Assembly (NCBI GenBank): GCA_035515055.1
Contig: DATJBV010000015.1
Location: 25,058 to 89,057, forward strand
Direction of reading: 5' to 3'
Origin: Candidimonas sp.
Lineage (GTDB): Bacteria; Pseudomonadota; Gammaproteobacteria; Burkholderiales; Burkholderiaceae_B
DNA: 64,000 nucleotides
This document shows positions 37,477 through 47,072 of the stretch, piece after piece (the stretch's first letter is position 1; each line of letters starts with the position of its first letter). Position numbers and translations under genes: made by a program. The notes under the pieces were generated by a model, which saw only the letters and a list, made by a program, of their open reading frames with translations, did no database searches and was not told the DNA's origin.

Positions 37477-37986
37477 TTAATACTGGCCCATGTAGTCGCG
37501 CTTGCCTACCTCGATGCCGTTGTGGCGCAGGATGGCATAAGCGGTGGTGACGTGAAAGAAGAACTGAGGCAGTCCATACGACAAAAGGTAGGCCTGGGCG
37601 TTGAACCGTTTTTCTTTCGGCGTGCCCGCCCGCGTGACGATGACACGGTCTTCGTTGCCGTCGATTTGGGCCGGGGTCATGCTGTCGATGAATGCTAGCG
37701 ATTTGCCGATCAGGGCGTGTAAATCATCGAAACTTTGCTCGGCATCTTCGTACTTGGGAACATCGGCGCCCGCGAGGCGCGCCGATACGCCGCGTGCGAA
37801 GTCGGCCGCCACCTGGACCTGCCGGATCAGGGGAAACATGTCGGGAAAGAGGCGCGCCTGAAGCAAGGCGGCCGGGTCGATCTTCTTGGCTTCGGCGTGC
37901 GCCTGCGCCTTGTCCAGGAACGCATCCATGCTTTGCAGCATCTGTTTGAAAACGGGCACCGAAGCGGCATAAAGGGAAATAGTCAT
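37477..37986 (-). CDS. DUF1993 family protein
   Basis: Trimmed to ATG 37986 (MTISLYAASVPVFKQML...). LFPDMFPLIRQVQVAADFA is typical of DUF1993. Confidence 0.8.
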   Translation of the reverse strand: MTISLYAASVPVFKQMLQSMDAFLDKAQAHAEAKKIDPAALLQARLFPDMFPLIRQVQVAADFARGVSARLAGADVPKYEDAEQSFDDLHALIGKSLAFIDSMTPAQIDGNEDRVIVTRAGTPKEKRFNAQAYLLSYGLPQFFFHVTTAYAILRHNGIEVGKRDYMGQY

Positions 37987-38083
37987 GAGAATTCCTGAAT
38001 GAGAAGTAAGACGATTATAGGCAGCTTCGCGCGCGGGCACGCAGCTTGCCGTTTTACGCTTCCCGGGCAGGCATGGAGCAGCG

Positions 38084-38587
38084 ATGAAGACAGTCCAGGA
38101 AGTGGCCGATTTCATGCGGGAAAGATCGCTGATGCTGGTGACGGCGGAATCGTGCACGGCGGGCTTGATTGCCGCCACGCTGGCGGACATTCCGGGCGCC
38201 GGGAAACTACTTGACTGTGCCTTTGTCGTTTATTCGCCGCACGCCAAACAGGCCTGCCTGGCGGTAAAGCCTGAAACCCTGGAACGCTATAACCTGACGA
38301 GCGAAGAAGTGGCCCGCGAAATGGCGTTGGGCGCGCTGGACAGCAGCCGCGCCAACGTGGCCGTATCGAACACCGGCGTAACGGATAATACCGACCACAG
38401 GATACCCGCTGGCACACAGTGCTTTGCGTGGGCATTCGACGGCGTTGCTCCCGGCACCGCCCCGGCCATATTCAGCGAGACCCGACGTTTTTCCGGCGAC
38501 CGCGCCCAGATTCGGCAAGCCAGCGCCGACTACGCATTAAGTCGCATCCCGCACTACTTCGCGGTTTGCGCCGCCAGCGCCTTGTAA
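38084..38587 (+). CDS. CinA family protein (PncC-type nicotinamide-nucleotide amidohydrolase domain)
   Basis: Motif LVTAESCTAGLIAATLADIPGAG; 167 aa. Confidence 0.85.
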   Translation: MKTVQEVADFMRERSLMLVTAESCTAGLIAATLADIPGAGKLLDCAFVVYSPHAKQACLAVKPETLERYNLTSEEVAREMALGALDSSRANVAVSNTGVTDNTDHRIPAGTQCFAWAFDGVAPGTAPAIFSETRRFSGDRAQIRQASADYALSRIPHYFAVCAASAL

Positions 38588-38593
38588 AGGCCT

Positions 38594-39400
38594 TTAGCGC
38601 GTCACCAAGATGAAGATGCCCTGGATCAGGTAGACCGCGCCTATCGCCATGACCAGGCGCTGAGTCCACCGGCGGAACTGGTGATCGCTCAGGCGTTCCA
38701 GCACGAGCTTGCCCAGGCTCGCGCCCACGATGGCCATGGCGACCGCAATACTTATCGCCCAAGTATCGGCCTGCGCCCCATTGCCCATGACATTGAAAAA
38801 ATAAATCAGTTTGGCCAGATGGGAAAAGGTCTGGCAAGCGGCCTTGGTCGCCACGACGGCGCGCCTGTCCATCTCGCTGCGCACGAAAAAAACGTCGAGC
38901 AGAGGGCCCGACACCCCCGCAATGAATTGCATGCATGTGTTCAGGAAGCCGCAAACTTCAGCCCCGTAAGCGGTATTGGCCTGGGGCACCATGCGGGCCG
39001 GCAGCAACACCGCAAGAAACGGAATAATTCCCAATGAAATTAGTACAAGCGCGCGATCCGGTATGAAACCGACGAAAGAGAAGAGAGCGCCCGCGGCGAG
39101 CAGCCCAACGATATAACGCGCGAAAATCCGGTAGTCGGCATGACGCCTCCACATAAGGGCGCGCCAACCGTTCGACGTCATTTGCGCCGTGCCGTGCAAC
39201 ACCATGGCCGTCGACACCGGCAGCAAGGCCAGCAGCAGTCCCATCAACACCATGCCGCCGGCCATGCCGAATATGCCGGACAGGAAGGATGTAGCCAGGA
39301 CGGACAAGGCCACGAACGATAAAAAACCGATACCCAAGGAATAAGACCCGCAGTAAAAACAACAAGGCGCAATTATAGGCATGGATACTTGCGCTATCAC
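38594..39400 (-). CDS. TauE/SafE family sulfite/anion exporter
   Basis: Multi-TM protein with FLSGIFGMAGGMVLMGLL and a C-terminal repeat of the fold. Start uncertain: GTG 39400 or ATG 39382. Confidence 0.8.
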   Translation of the reverse strand: MIAQVSMPIIAPCCFYCGSYSLGIGFLSFVALSVLATSFLSGIFGMAGGMVLMGLLLALLPVSTAMVLHGTAQMTSNGWRALMWRRHADYRIFARYIVGLLAAGALFSFVGFIPDRALVLISLGIIPFLAVLLPARMVPQANTAYGAEVCGFLNTCMQFIAGVSGPLLDVFFVRSEMDRRAVVATKAACQTFSHLAKLIYFFNVMGNGAQADTWAISIAVAMAIVGASLGKLVLERLSDHQFRRWTQRLVMAIGAVYLIQGIFILVTR

Positions 39401-39439
39401 AACTTGGCGCCGACGCGACTGCCATACAATCGCGCCACT

Positions 39440-39874
39440 ATGGGCATCTCTCTAGGTCACCGCAAGAAAGTCAACTGGCACGCGTTCGGCGTGCTGGCCA
39501 GCTTGATGCTGGCCCTGGTACTGCGCGCCGTCATTCCCATTGGCTATATGCCGCACACCGGCGCCCTTCGCGACGGCCGGATTCAAATCACATTCTGCAC
39601 CACCGCGGGCAATGGCGCCGCCGTGCCCATGGTGCTGGCGGGCCTGTTCGCGGAAGACGACGAACATAGCGAGAACGCCTTATCGGGCACCGACTGCCCC
39701 TACGGAGTCCTGTCGCTCCTGGCCATAGGCCTTCCATCGGCGGCCCTTCCGCTACCACCACACGCCGGCGCTTCAACGCCCGCCGCGCATGCCTTCGACA
39801 ACGCGGCCTTGCCGCCATCGCCGGCCCGCGGACCGCCCATTGGTTCGCGCGCGCCCCCGTTTCTTCTGAGCTGA
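39440..39874 (+). CDS. DUF2946-like small exported protein
   Basis: Trimmed to ATG 39440. One TM/signal segment, Cys-containing segments (ITFCTTAG, TDCPYG), and a position directly upstream of a TonB-dependent copper receptor, as is usual for DUF2946. Confidence 0.5.
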   Translation: MGISLGHRKKVNWHAFGVLASLMLALVLRAVIPIGYMPHTGALRDGRIQITFCTTAGNGAAVPMVLAGLFAEDDEHSENALSGTDCPYGVLSLLAIGLPSAALPLPPHAGASTPAAHAFDNAALPPSPARGPPIGSRAPPFLLS

Positions 39875-39974
39875 TCGCAATCATTCGCGCGTGCCGCCCG
39901 CCGGCGCGCATAACTGCGCGACCCCGCCGCCGGCGCCGGGACGCGCATACATCGAGCTCGAGAAGAATCACCTC

Positions 39975-41978
39975 ATGAACAAGCACTCTGTCTTTTTCCG
40001 TTACTCCTGCCTTGCCGCCATCCTGGCATCCTCTTTTCCCACCTGGGCCCAAGTGGCCGGGCATAGCCATATCAAGACGCTGGACACCGTTGTTGTGACG
40101 GGCGTTGCGCCCGAATCGCCGCTGACTTTCGTCACCGATCCGAAGAAACCGCGTCAACCCTTGCCGGCGAGCGATGCGACGGATTATTTAAAAACCATTC
40201 CGGGCTTTTCAGCGGTGCGCAATGGCGGCAGCAATGGCGACCCCGTATTGCGCGGCATGTTCGGCTCGCGCCTGGCCATCCTGACCAACGGAACCACCAT
40301 GCTGGGCGCCTGCCCCTCCCGCATGGACTCTCCGAGCTCGTATATTTCACCAGAAACCTATGACCGCCTGACCGTGGTCAAAGGTCCCCAAAGCGTGTTG
40401 TGGGGACCCGGCGTGTCGGCCGGCCTCATCAAATTCGACCGCGATGCCCCTGGCTTTACCGAGCCCGGCATCCTGTTCGATGGGAACGTGACCGGCGGCT
40501 CGTGGGGCCGCAACGACCAGAACGCCGACGTTGCCGTCGGCAACGACAAGATCTACACACGGATCACGGCTAATCGCTCGCATTCGCAGGATTATGAAGA
40601 TGGCGATGGCAACATCGTGCCCTCGCGCTGGGACAAATGGAATACCGACGTGGCCATCGGCTTGACGCCAGATGCCGACACGCTGATTGAATTGAGCGCG
40701 GGAATGGGGGATGGCGAGGCGCGCTACGCCGGCCGCGGCATGGACGGCAGCCAGTTCAAGCGCGAGAGCCTGGGCTTGCGCTTCGAGAAAGACAACATGG
40801 GCCGCCTCTTTAAGAAAATCGAGGCCCAGGTTTATTACAACCGCGCTGACCACATCATGGACAATTACAGCCTGCGTCCGGCGCCAAAAATGCGCATGGC
40901 GTCGAATGTTGTCCGCGATACGTGGGGCGGACGGCTGGCCGGCACGCTGGAATTAAGCGATACGCTCAGTCTCGTCACCGGCATGGATCACCAGGCGAAC
41001 CAGCATAGCAAACCATTGAAGGGCGGCTTTCCAATACCGCCGCGATTCAAAGATGCGGAATTCAGCAACACCGGCCTGTTCGGCGAATTGACCTGGCGCG
41101 CCAGCCAGGCGGATCGCGTCATAGGCGGAGCCCGCATCGATCGCGCCGGCGCGAAGGACTTCAGGACAGCCGCAACCAGCCCGACGGGAGGCACGCAACG
41201 CGACGATACGCTGCCCAGCGGCTTCCTGCGGTATGAGCGTGACCTGCAAAGTGTCCCGGCAACTGTGTATGCGGGCATCGGCCACGTGCAACGCTTCCCC
41301 GACTACTGGGAACTGTTTTCGCCGGCGCGGGGACCTGTCGGCTACGCCAACGCCTTCCAGGGCGTCAAACCGGAGAAAACCACGCAGCTGGACTTCGGCG
41401 CTCAATATAAAACCGATAATCTGGACGCCTGGTTCGCCGGCTACGCGGGCTATGTGAAGGACTACATTTTGTTCGACTACGGTACTGGCTCATCGCAAGC
41501 CCGTAACATCAACGCCCGTATCTTGGGGGGCGAGCTGGGCGCGTCATACAACGTGGCGGCGAACTGGACGGTCGGCGGCTCGCTGGCCTATGCCTGGGGG
41601 GAAAACCGCGGCGATGGTTCGGCCATGCCGCAGATTCCGCCGCTGGAGGCGCGTTTGAATGCGGGCTACGCCAGCGGCAACTGGACCGCCGGCGCGTTGT
41701 GGCGCCTGGTCGCCGCACAAAACCGCTATACCTTGAACCAAGGCAACGTGACAAGCAAGGATTTCGGTTCGACCGCCGGCTTCGGCGTGCTGTCGCTCAA
41801 CGGCGGCTATGCCGTCAACAAGCGCGTTCAGTTGACCTTTGGCGTGGATAACGTGCTGAACAAGACGTATAACGAGCACTTGAATCTGGCGGGCAATGGG
41901 GCATTCGGCTATTCCGCCAACACCGCCATCAACGAGCCGGGCCGCACGGTTTGGGCGAGGGTAAGCATGAAATATTAA
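39975..41978 (+). CDS. TonB-dependent copper receptor (OprC/NosA-like)
   Basis: Trimmed to ATG 39975. Signal peptide, plug region (TLDTVVVTG...LKTIPGFSAVRNGGSNGDPVLRGMFGSRL), and a Met/Cys-containing segment GACPSRMDSP like copper receptors. Beta-barrel C-terminus. Confidence 0.85.
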   Translation: MNKHSVFFRYSCLAAILASSFPTWAQVAGHSHIKTLDTVVVTGVAPESPLTFVTDPKKPRQPLPASDATDYLKTIPGFSAVRNGGSNGDPVLRGMFGSRLAILTNGTTMLGACPSRMDSPSSYISPETYDRLTVVKGPQSVLWGPGVSAGLIKFDRDAPGFTEPGILFDGNVTGGSWGRNDQNADVAVGNDKIYTRITANRSHSQDYEDGDGNIVPSRWDKWNTDVAIGLTPDADTLIELSAGMGDGEARYAGRGMDGSQFKRESLGLRFEKDNMGRLFKKIEAQVYYNRADHIMDNYSLRPAPKMRMASNVVRDTWGGRLAGTLELSDTLSLVTGMDHQANQHSKPLKGGFPIPPRFKDAEFSNTGLFGELTWRASQADRVIGGARIDRAGAKDFRTAATSPTGGTQRDDTLPSGFLRYERDLQSVPATVYAGIGHVQRFPDYWELFSPARGPVGYANAFQGVKPEKTTQLDFGAQYKTDNLDAWFAGYAGYVKDYILFDYGTGSSQARNINARILGGELGASYNVAANWTVGGSLAYAWGENRGDGSAMPQIPPLEARLNAGYASGNWTAGALWRLVAAQNRYTLNQGNVTSKDFGSTAGFGVLSLNGGYAVNKRVQLTFGVDNVLNKTYNEHLNLAGNGAFGYSANTAINEPGRTVWARVSMKY

Positions 41979-41991
41979 GTTCCGTGCGGTC

Positions 41992-42005
41992 TTGATACAA
42001 ATCAA
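41992..42005. promoter_or_regulatory. perfect FNR/CRP-family box TTGAT-ACAA-ATCAA upstream of ccp
   Basis: Centre is 66.5 nt upstream of ATG 42065. An A/T-rich -10-like element CATATAAG lies at 42029-42036. Confidence 0.6.
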
Positions 42006-42064
42006 ATCCCCGTCCCTATAACCATGATCATATAAGGGTTATTACCAACAGACGGGGATACATC

Positions 42065-43117
42065 ATGTCCAAACACATTACCGCGGCCCTCTTTGCCGCG
42101 GCCGCATTCAGCATGGGGGCGTCCGCCGGCGCCGCCGACGCCTCTTCATCCGAACTACGGGAAACCGCGCGCAAGCTCTTCCAGCCAATTCCTGAAGCAC
42201 ACGTCGTGATCCGTGACCGCAAGGTGTCCGGCGAACAAATGGAGCTGGGCAAATGGCTGTTCTTCGAACCCAGGCTTTCCACGAGCAACATCATCAGTTG
42301 CAATACGTGCCACAGCATAGGGACGGGCGGCGCCGACAACATCCAGACGTCGATCGGCCACGGCTGGCAGCACGGTCCGCGCAATTCGCCGACCGTCTTC
42401 AACGCGGTATTCAACGCCGCCCAGTTCTGGGATGGCCGCGCCGCCGACTTGAAAGAACAGGCCAAGGGTCCCGTGCAGGCCGGCGTCGAAATGAACGCCA
42501 CGCCCAAGCACGTGGAAGACACACTGCGCAGCATTCCCGAGTATGTGGAATTCTTCGGCCGCGCCTTTCCAGGCGAGAAGCAGCCGGTGACGTTCGACAA
42601 TATGGCCAAGGCGATCGAAGCTTTCGAAACCACCCTGGTCACACCGGATTCGCGTTTCGACCAATTCCTGGCCGGCAAGGACAGCCTGGGCGGGACTGAA
42701 CTCAAAGGCCTAGGACTATTCGTGGATAAAGGCTGCGTATCGTGCCATTCGGGCATCAACGTGGGCGGCCAGGGTTACTTTCCGTTCGGCGTCATGAAGA
42801 AGCCCGGCGCGGAAATACTGCCGGTCGCCGACAAGGGGCGCTTCACCGTAACCAACACGGCCTCCGATGAATATGTGTTCCGTGCCGGCCCGCTGCGCAA
42901 TATTGCGCTGACCGCGCCCTACTTCCACAGCGGCGAAGTATGGGATCTGGAGCAGGCGGTAGCCATCATGGGTTCGAGCCAGCTTGGCCATGAACTGAAT
43001 GGCGGCGAAGTCAAGGCCATTACCGCCTTCCTGCGCACCTTGACCGGCAGGCAGCCCAAGGTGGAATACCCCATCCTGCCGCCCAGCACCGCGGCAACGC
43101 CGAAACCGCAAATGTAA
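42065..43117 (+). CDS. di-haem cytochrome c peroxidase (CCP/MauG family)
   Basis: Signal peptide and two CxxCH motifs (CNTCH, CVSCH). Conserved FWDGRA and PYFHSG motifs. Confidence 0.9.
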   Translation: MSKHITAALFAAAAFSMGASAGAADASSSELRETARKLFQPIPEAHVVIRDRKVSGEQMELGKWLFFEPRLSTSNIISCNTCHSIGTGGADNIQTSIGHGWQHGPRNSPTVFNAVFNAAQFWDGRAADLKEQAKGPVQAGVEMNATPKHVEDTLRSIPEYVEFFGRAFPGEKQPVTFDNMAKAIEAFETTLVTPDSRFDQFLAGKDSLGGTELKGLGLFVDKGCVSCHSGINVGGQGYFPFGVMKKPGAEILPVADKGRFTVTNTASDEYVFRAGPLRNIALTAPYFHSGEVWDLEQAVAIMGSSQLGHELNGGEVKAITAFLRTLTGRQPKVEYPILPPSTAATPKPQM

Positions 43118-43975
43118 TCAAACGGCGCCGGGCTGTTGCCAGCCTTGGGGTGTGACGGGCAATGCCCGCTTATGCGCCGAGGCGCGCCAGGTCCGGAGAA
43201 TGATGTCGTAGGCCTCCCGGCTTACGTCCTTGCCTTCCAGGAAGTCGTCGATTTCGGCATAGCTGACCCCAAACGCCTCTTCATCGGGCTTTTGGGGTTT
43301 CAGCGTTTCCAGGTCGGCGGTGGGAACCTTGAACACCAGCGCGTCGGGGGCGCCCATTGCCTGTGCCAGAAGGCGCACCCGGCGCTTGGTCAGGCCGGTA
43401 AGTGGGGTGACATCGGCCGCGCCATCGCCGAACTTGGTGTAGAACCCCATCAAGGCTTCGGCCGCCTGGTCTGTACCAACCACCAGGCCATGATGCGCGC
43501 CCGCCACCGCGTATTGCGCAATCATGCGTTCGCGCGCCTTGATATTACCGAGCAGGAAGTCCTGGTGCGCTTCGTCCCGGAACGCCACATTGCCCGCCAA
43601 CACGGATGCCAGCATGGCATCGGCGGCCGGCTTGATATTGACTGTAACAATCCTGTCGGGCTGCATGACGTCGAGGCTGGCTTTCGCTTCGTGCTCGTCG
43701 TGTTGCTGCCCGTAGGGCAGCCGCATGGCCACGAACGTGGTGTCGTGGCCGCGACTTCGGGCCGCCTCGACGGCGCGCTGGCACAAGCAGCCGCCCACCA
43801 GCGAATCCACTCCGCCGCTTATGCCCAACACCAGCGCACGCAGCCCATTGGCGATCATGTAGTCGGCCAGGAAGCCGACTCGCAGCTGGATGCTTTGCTT
43901 TACATCGAAGACACTGTCCACGCAAAGTTCGCTGGCTATTTGGCGCTGGAGTGCGCGTTCCTGGTCATTTAACAC
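43118..43975 (-). CDS. nadE: ammonia-dependent NAD+ synthetase
   Basis: PP-loop GISGGVDS. GTG start at 43975 preceded by AAAGGA. Its stop directly abuts the ccp stop. Confidence 0.9.
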   Translation of the reverse strand: MLNDQERALQRQIASELCVDSVFDVKQSIQLRVGFLADYMIANGLRALVLGISGGVDSLVGGCLCQRAVEAARSRGHDTTFVAMRLPYGQQHDEHEAKASLDVMQPDRIVTVNIKPAADAMLASVLAGNVAFRDEAHQDFLLGNIKARERMIAQYAVAGAHHGLVVGTDQAAEALMGFYTKFGDGAADVTPLTGLTKRRVRLLAQAMGAPDALVFKVPTADLETLKPQKPDEEAFGVSYAEIDDFLEGKDVSREAYDIILRTWRASAHKRALPVTPQGWQQPGAV

Positions 43976-44069
43976 GGCTAGTCCTTTCAGGGTGACGATA
44001 CGTTAAGGTTTATGATACGCCAGGCCGCTGTGCCAGTTGAACGGGCACTCGCAATTTTGCAGGATTTTT

Positions 44070-45269
44070 ATGAATTCCACTCCCTCCCCGATGTTGGTGC
44101 TCGCCGCCACTCTCACGGTGCAGTCCCTGGCCGCCATGGCCTTGTTGACCTTGCCCGTGGTGGCACCCTCCGTCGCGATCTCGGTGGGTATATCGGCGGC
44201 GTATGTTGGCCTGTACATTGCGCTGGCCTATGCGGGCGCCATGACGGCCAGTCTACTGTCGGGCGGGTTCGTGCGCCGCTTCGGCGCCATTCGGGCAAGT
44301 CAGTTCGGCCTGGCCTTGTGCGCGCTGGGCGTTGCGGTATGCACGATCGAGTCGCCCATTGCCATCGCCTTGGGCGCCATATTAATTGGGCTGGGCTACG
44401 GGCCCATCACACCCGCCAGTTCACATTTGCTGGCGCGCTCCACCCCGGCCAACCGCATGTCCCTGGTGTTTTCCATCAAGCAGACAGGCGTGCCGCTGGG
44501 GGGCGTGCTGGCCGGACTGATCGTGCCTGTGCTGGCCGACTGGGTAAATTGGCAGTTCGCATTTCTTGTCGTGGCCGGCGCAAGCATATTGTGCGCCGCC
44601 GCCATCCAGCCGCTGTGTGCCACACTCGATGCCGATCGCGACCCGGCGCAAAGCCTGTCGTTCGGCAACGGCCTGGCGGGACCCCTGAGGCTGGTGTTCA
44701 GCCAACGCAGCCTGACCGTGCTGGCCGCCGTTTCGTTCCTCTTTTCAATTGCGCAGCTATCGCTGTCGACCTACCTGGTGACCTTCCTGCATGACGACCT
44801 TGGCATGGGACTGATCGTCGCCGGCTTCACGCTGGCCGTCGCCCAGGCGGCGGGAGTGATCGGCCGGCCCCTTTGGGGCTATATTGCCGACCGTTATCTT
44901 GGGCCATCCAATATGCTGGTATTCCTGGCGGTACTGATGGGCGTCTGCGCGATCGCGACGGGCCTGCTGCAGTACACGGCATCCCCCGTCCTGATCGCGA
45001 TCGTGCTGGGCCTCTTCGGCAGCAGCGCGGTCGGCTGGAATGGCGTTTACCTGGCCGAGGTCGCCCGTCAGGCGCCCAAGGGCCAGGCCAGCGTCGCCAC
45101 CGGCGGGACGCTATCCATGACATTTCTTGGCGTGGTGGTTGGGCCGCCGCTATTCGGGTTGATCGCGGCCACGTTCGACAGTTACAGCCTTGCGTACGCG
45201 TCGCTGGTGGTGCCTGCGGGCCTGTGCCTATGGCTGCTGCTGCGCAACCGCAGCGCGTTCGTCAAGTAA
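44070..45269 (+). CDS. MFS transporter
   Basis: Trimmed to ATG 44070. About 12 hydrophobic segments, with loop GGFVRRFGAIRA. Confidence 0.85.
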   Translation: MNSTPSPMLVLAATLTVQSLAAMALLTLPVVAPSVAISVGISAAYVGLYIALAYAGAMTASLLSGGFVRRFGAIRASQFGLALCALGVAVCTIESPIAIALGAILIGLGYGPITPASSHLLARSTPANRMSLVFSIKQTGVPLGGVLAGLIVPVLADWVNWQFAFLVVAGASILCAAAIQPLCATLDADRDPAQSLSFGNGLAGPLRLVFSQRSLTVLAAVSFLFSIAQLSLSTYLVTFLHDDLGMGLIVAGFTLAVAQAAGVIGRPLWGYIADRYLGPSNMLVFLAVLMGVCAIATGLLQYTASPVLIAIVLGLFGSSAVGWNGVYLAEVARQAPKGQASVATGGTLSMTFLGVVVGPPLFGLIAATFDSYSLAYASLVVPAGLCLWLLLRNRSAFVK

Positions 45270-45294
45270 CTAACACGCTGCGGCAAGTGCCAGC

Positions 45295-46980
45295 CTAGAA
45301 CTTGTCGAGCACGGCGCCCGTGCTGGCGGGGGAAGCGTTGAAGGCGAACTTGGCCTGCACGCCACGCGTATAACGCGGCGCCGGAGCTGTCCATTTCGAC
45401 AAGCGCGCAGCAATTTCTTCGTCGGGCACATTCAGCTGCAACAGTTGCCGGTGTGCGTCGATAGTGATGGAGTCGTCTTCCTGCACGACGGCAATGCTGC
45501 CGCCGACCGCCGCTTCCGGCGCCACATGGCCCACCACCATGCCCCACGTGCCGCCGGAGAAGCGGCCGTCGGTGATCAGGCCCACCGAGTCGCCGAGTCC
45601 GGCGCCGATGAGCGCGCCAGTGGGTGCGAGCATTTCAGGCATGCCCGGTCCGCCCTTGGGACCCAGATAGCGCAACACCATGACATCGCCCGCCTTGATC
45701 TTCCCGTCCAGTATGGCTTTCAGGGCCGATTGTTCGTCGTCGAATACGCGAGCGGGACCCGTCATGACCGGGTTCTTCAAGCCCGTAATTTTGGCGACGG
45801 CGCCCTCGGGCGACAGATTTCCTTTCAAGATGGCCAGGTGGCCCTCTTTATATAACGCCTGATCGATAGGGAAAATGACTTTTTGATCGGCCCGCGGTGT
45901 GCCTGGAATATCTTTCAAGAGCTCGGCGACCGTCTGTCCGGTAATGGTGATGCAATCGCCATTGATGAGACCGGCGTCGAGCAGAATCTTCATGACTTGC
46001 GGCACGCCGCCCGCCTTGTGGAAGTCGACCGCCAGGAAGTGGCCGCTGGGCTTCAGGTCGCACAGTACCGGCACGCGCCGGCGCACGCGTTCGAAGTCGT
46101 CGATCGTCCATTCGACATCGGCGGCATGGGCAATGGCCAGGATGTGCAGGACGGCATTGGTGGAGCCGCCGGTGGCCATGATGACGCTGACCGCGTTCTC
46201 GATCGACTCGCGCGTGACGATATCGCGCGGCTTGAGGTCTTGTTGAACCGCCTTCAACAGAACGCGGGCCGATTCGGCAGCCGATTCCGTCTTTTCGTCG
46301 TGCACGTTTGCCATGGTCGATGAATACGGCAGGCTCATGCCCAAGGCTTCGAACGCCGAGCTCATGGTATTGGCCGTATACATGCCGCCGCAGGAGCCTG
46401 GCCCCGGGATGGCGTGGAGCTCGATTTGCTTCAATTCATGGTCGCTCATGCGGCCCGCGGCGTTCTCGCCGACCGCTTCGAACACGCTGACGATATTCAA
46501 GTCCTTGTTGTTCAGGCGGCCAGGCAGTATGGTGCCGCCGTAGACATAAATGGCCGGCACGTTGGCGCGCAGCATGCCCATCATGCCGCCCGGCATGTTC
46601 TTGTCGCAGCCGCCGATCACGACGACGCCGTCCATCCACTGGCCCTGCACACAGGTTTCGACGCAATCGGCAATGACTTCGCGCGATACCAGCGAATACT
46701 TCATGCCTTCGGTGCCCATGGCCATGCCGTCGGAAATGGTGGGAGTGCCGAACACCTGGGCATTGCCCCCCGACGTTTCGATCGCATCGATGGCCGCGTC
46801 GGCCAGTTTCTGCAGGCCGCTGTTGCACGGTGTGATGGTGCTGTAGCCGTTGGCTACGCCGATCATGGGTTTGCTGAAGTCTTCTTCTTTATAGCCCAGG
46901 GCGTAATACATGGACCGGTTGGGCGCGCGAGCCGCCCCTTGTGTGATGTTGGCAGATCGCAGAGGTTTGGACGCGCTCAT
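45295..46980 (-). CDS. dihydroxy-acid dehydratase, short (about 560 aa) IlvD/Edd-family form
   Basis: 561 aa. Motifs [27 protein letters not shown] and SDGRFSGG-like TDGRFSGGT. Confidence 0.9.
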   Translation of the reverse strand: MSASKPLRSANITQGAARAPNRSMYYALGYKEEDFSKPMIGVANGYSTITPCNSGLQKLADAAIDAIETSGGNAQVFGTPTISDGMAMGTEGMKYSLVSREVIADCVETCVQGQWMDGVVVIGGCDKNMPGGMMGMLRANVPAIYVYGGTILPGRLNNKDLNIVSVFEAVGENAAGRMSDHELKQIELHAIPGPGSCGGMYTANTMSSAFEALGMSLPYSSTMANVHDEKTESAAESARVLLKAVQQDLKPRDIVTRESIENAVSVIMATGGSTNAVLHILAIAHAADVEWTIDDFERVRRRVPVLCDLKPSGHFLAVDFHKAGGVPQVMKILLDAGLINGDCITITGQTVAELLKDIPGTPRADQKVIFPIDQALYKEGHLAILKGNLSPEGAVAKITGLKNPVMTGPARVFDDEQSALKAILDGKIKAGDVMVLRYLGPKGGPGMPEMLAPTGALIGAGLGDSVGLITDGRFSGGTWGMVVGHVAPEAAVGGSIAVVQEDDSITIDAHRQLLQLNVPDEEIAARLSKWTAPAPRYTRGVQAKFAFNASPASTGAVLDKF

Positions 46981-47072
46981 TTCTTTCCTTGGCTGTAGAC
47001 GATTAGGGCCGGATCAGTTTAACCCTAATGCCCGTCGCGGCCCGCATATCCCCCTTCCCCGACCATTTTCTG

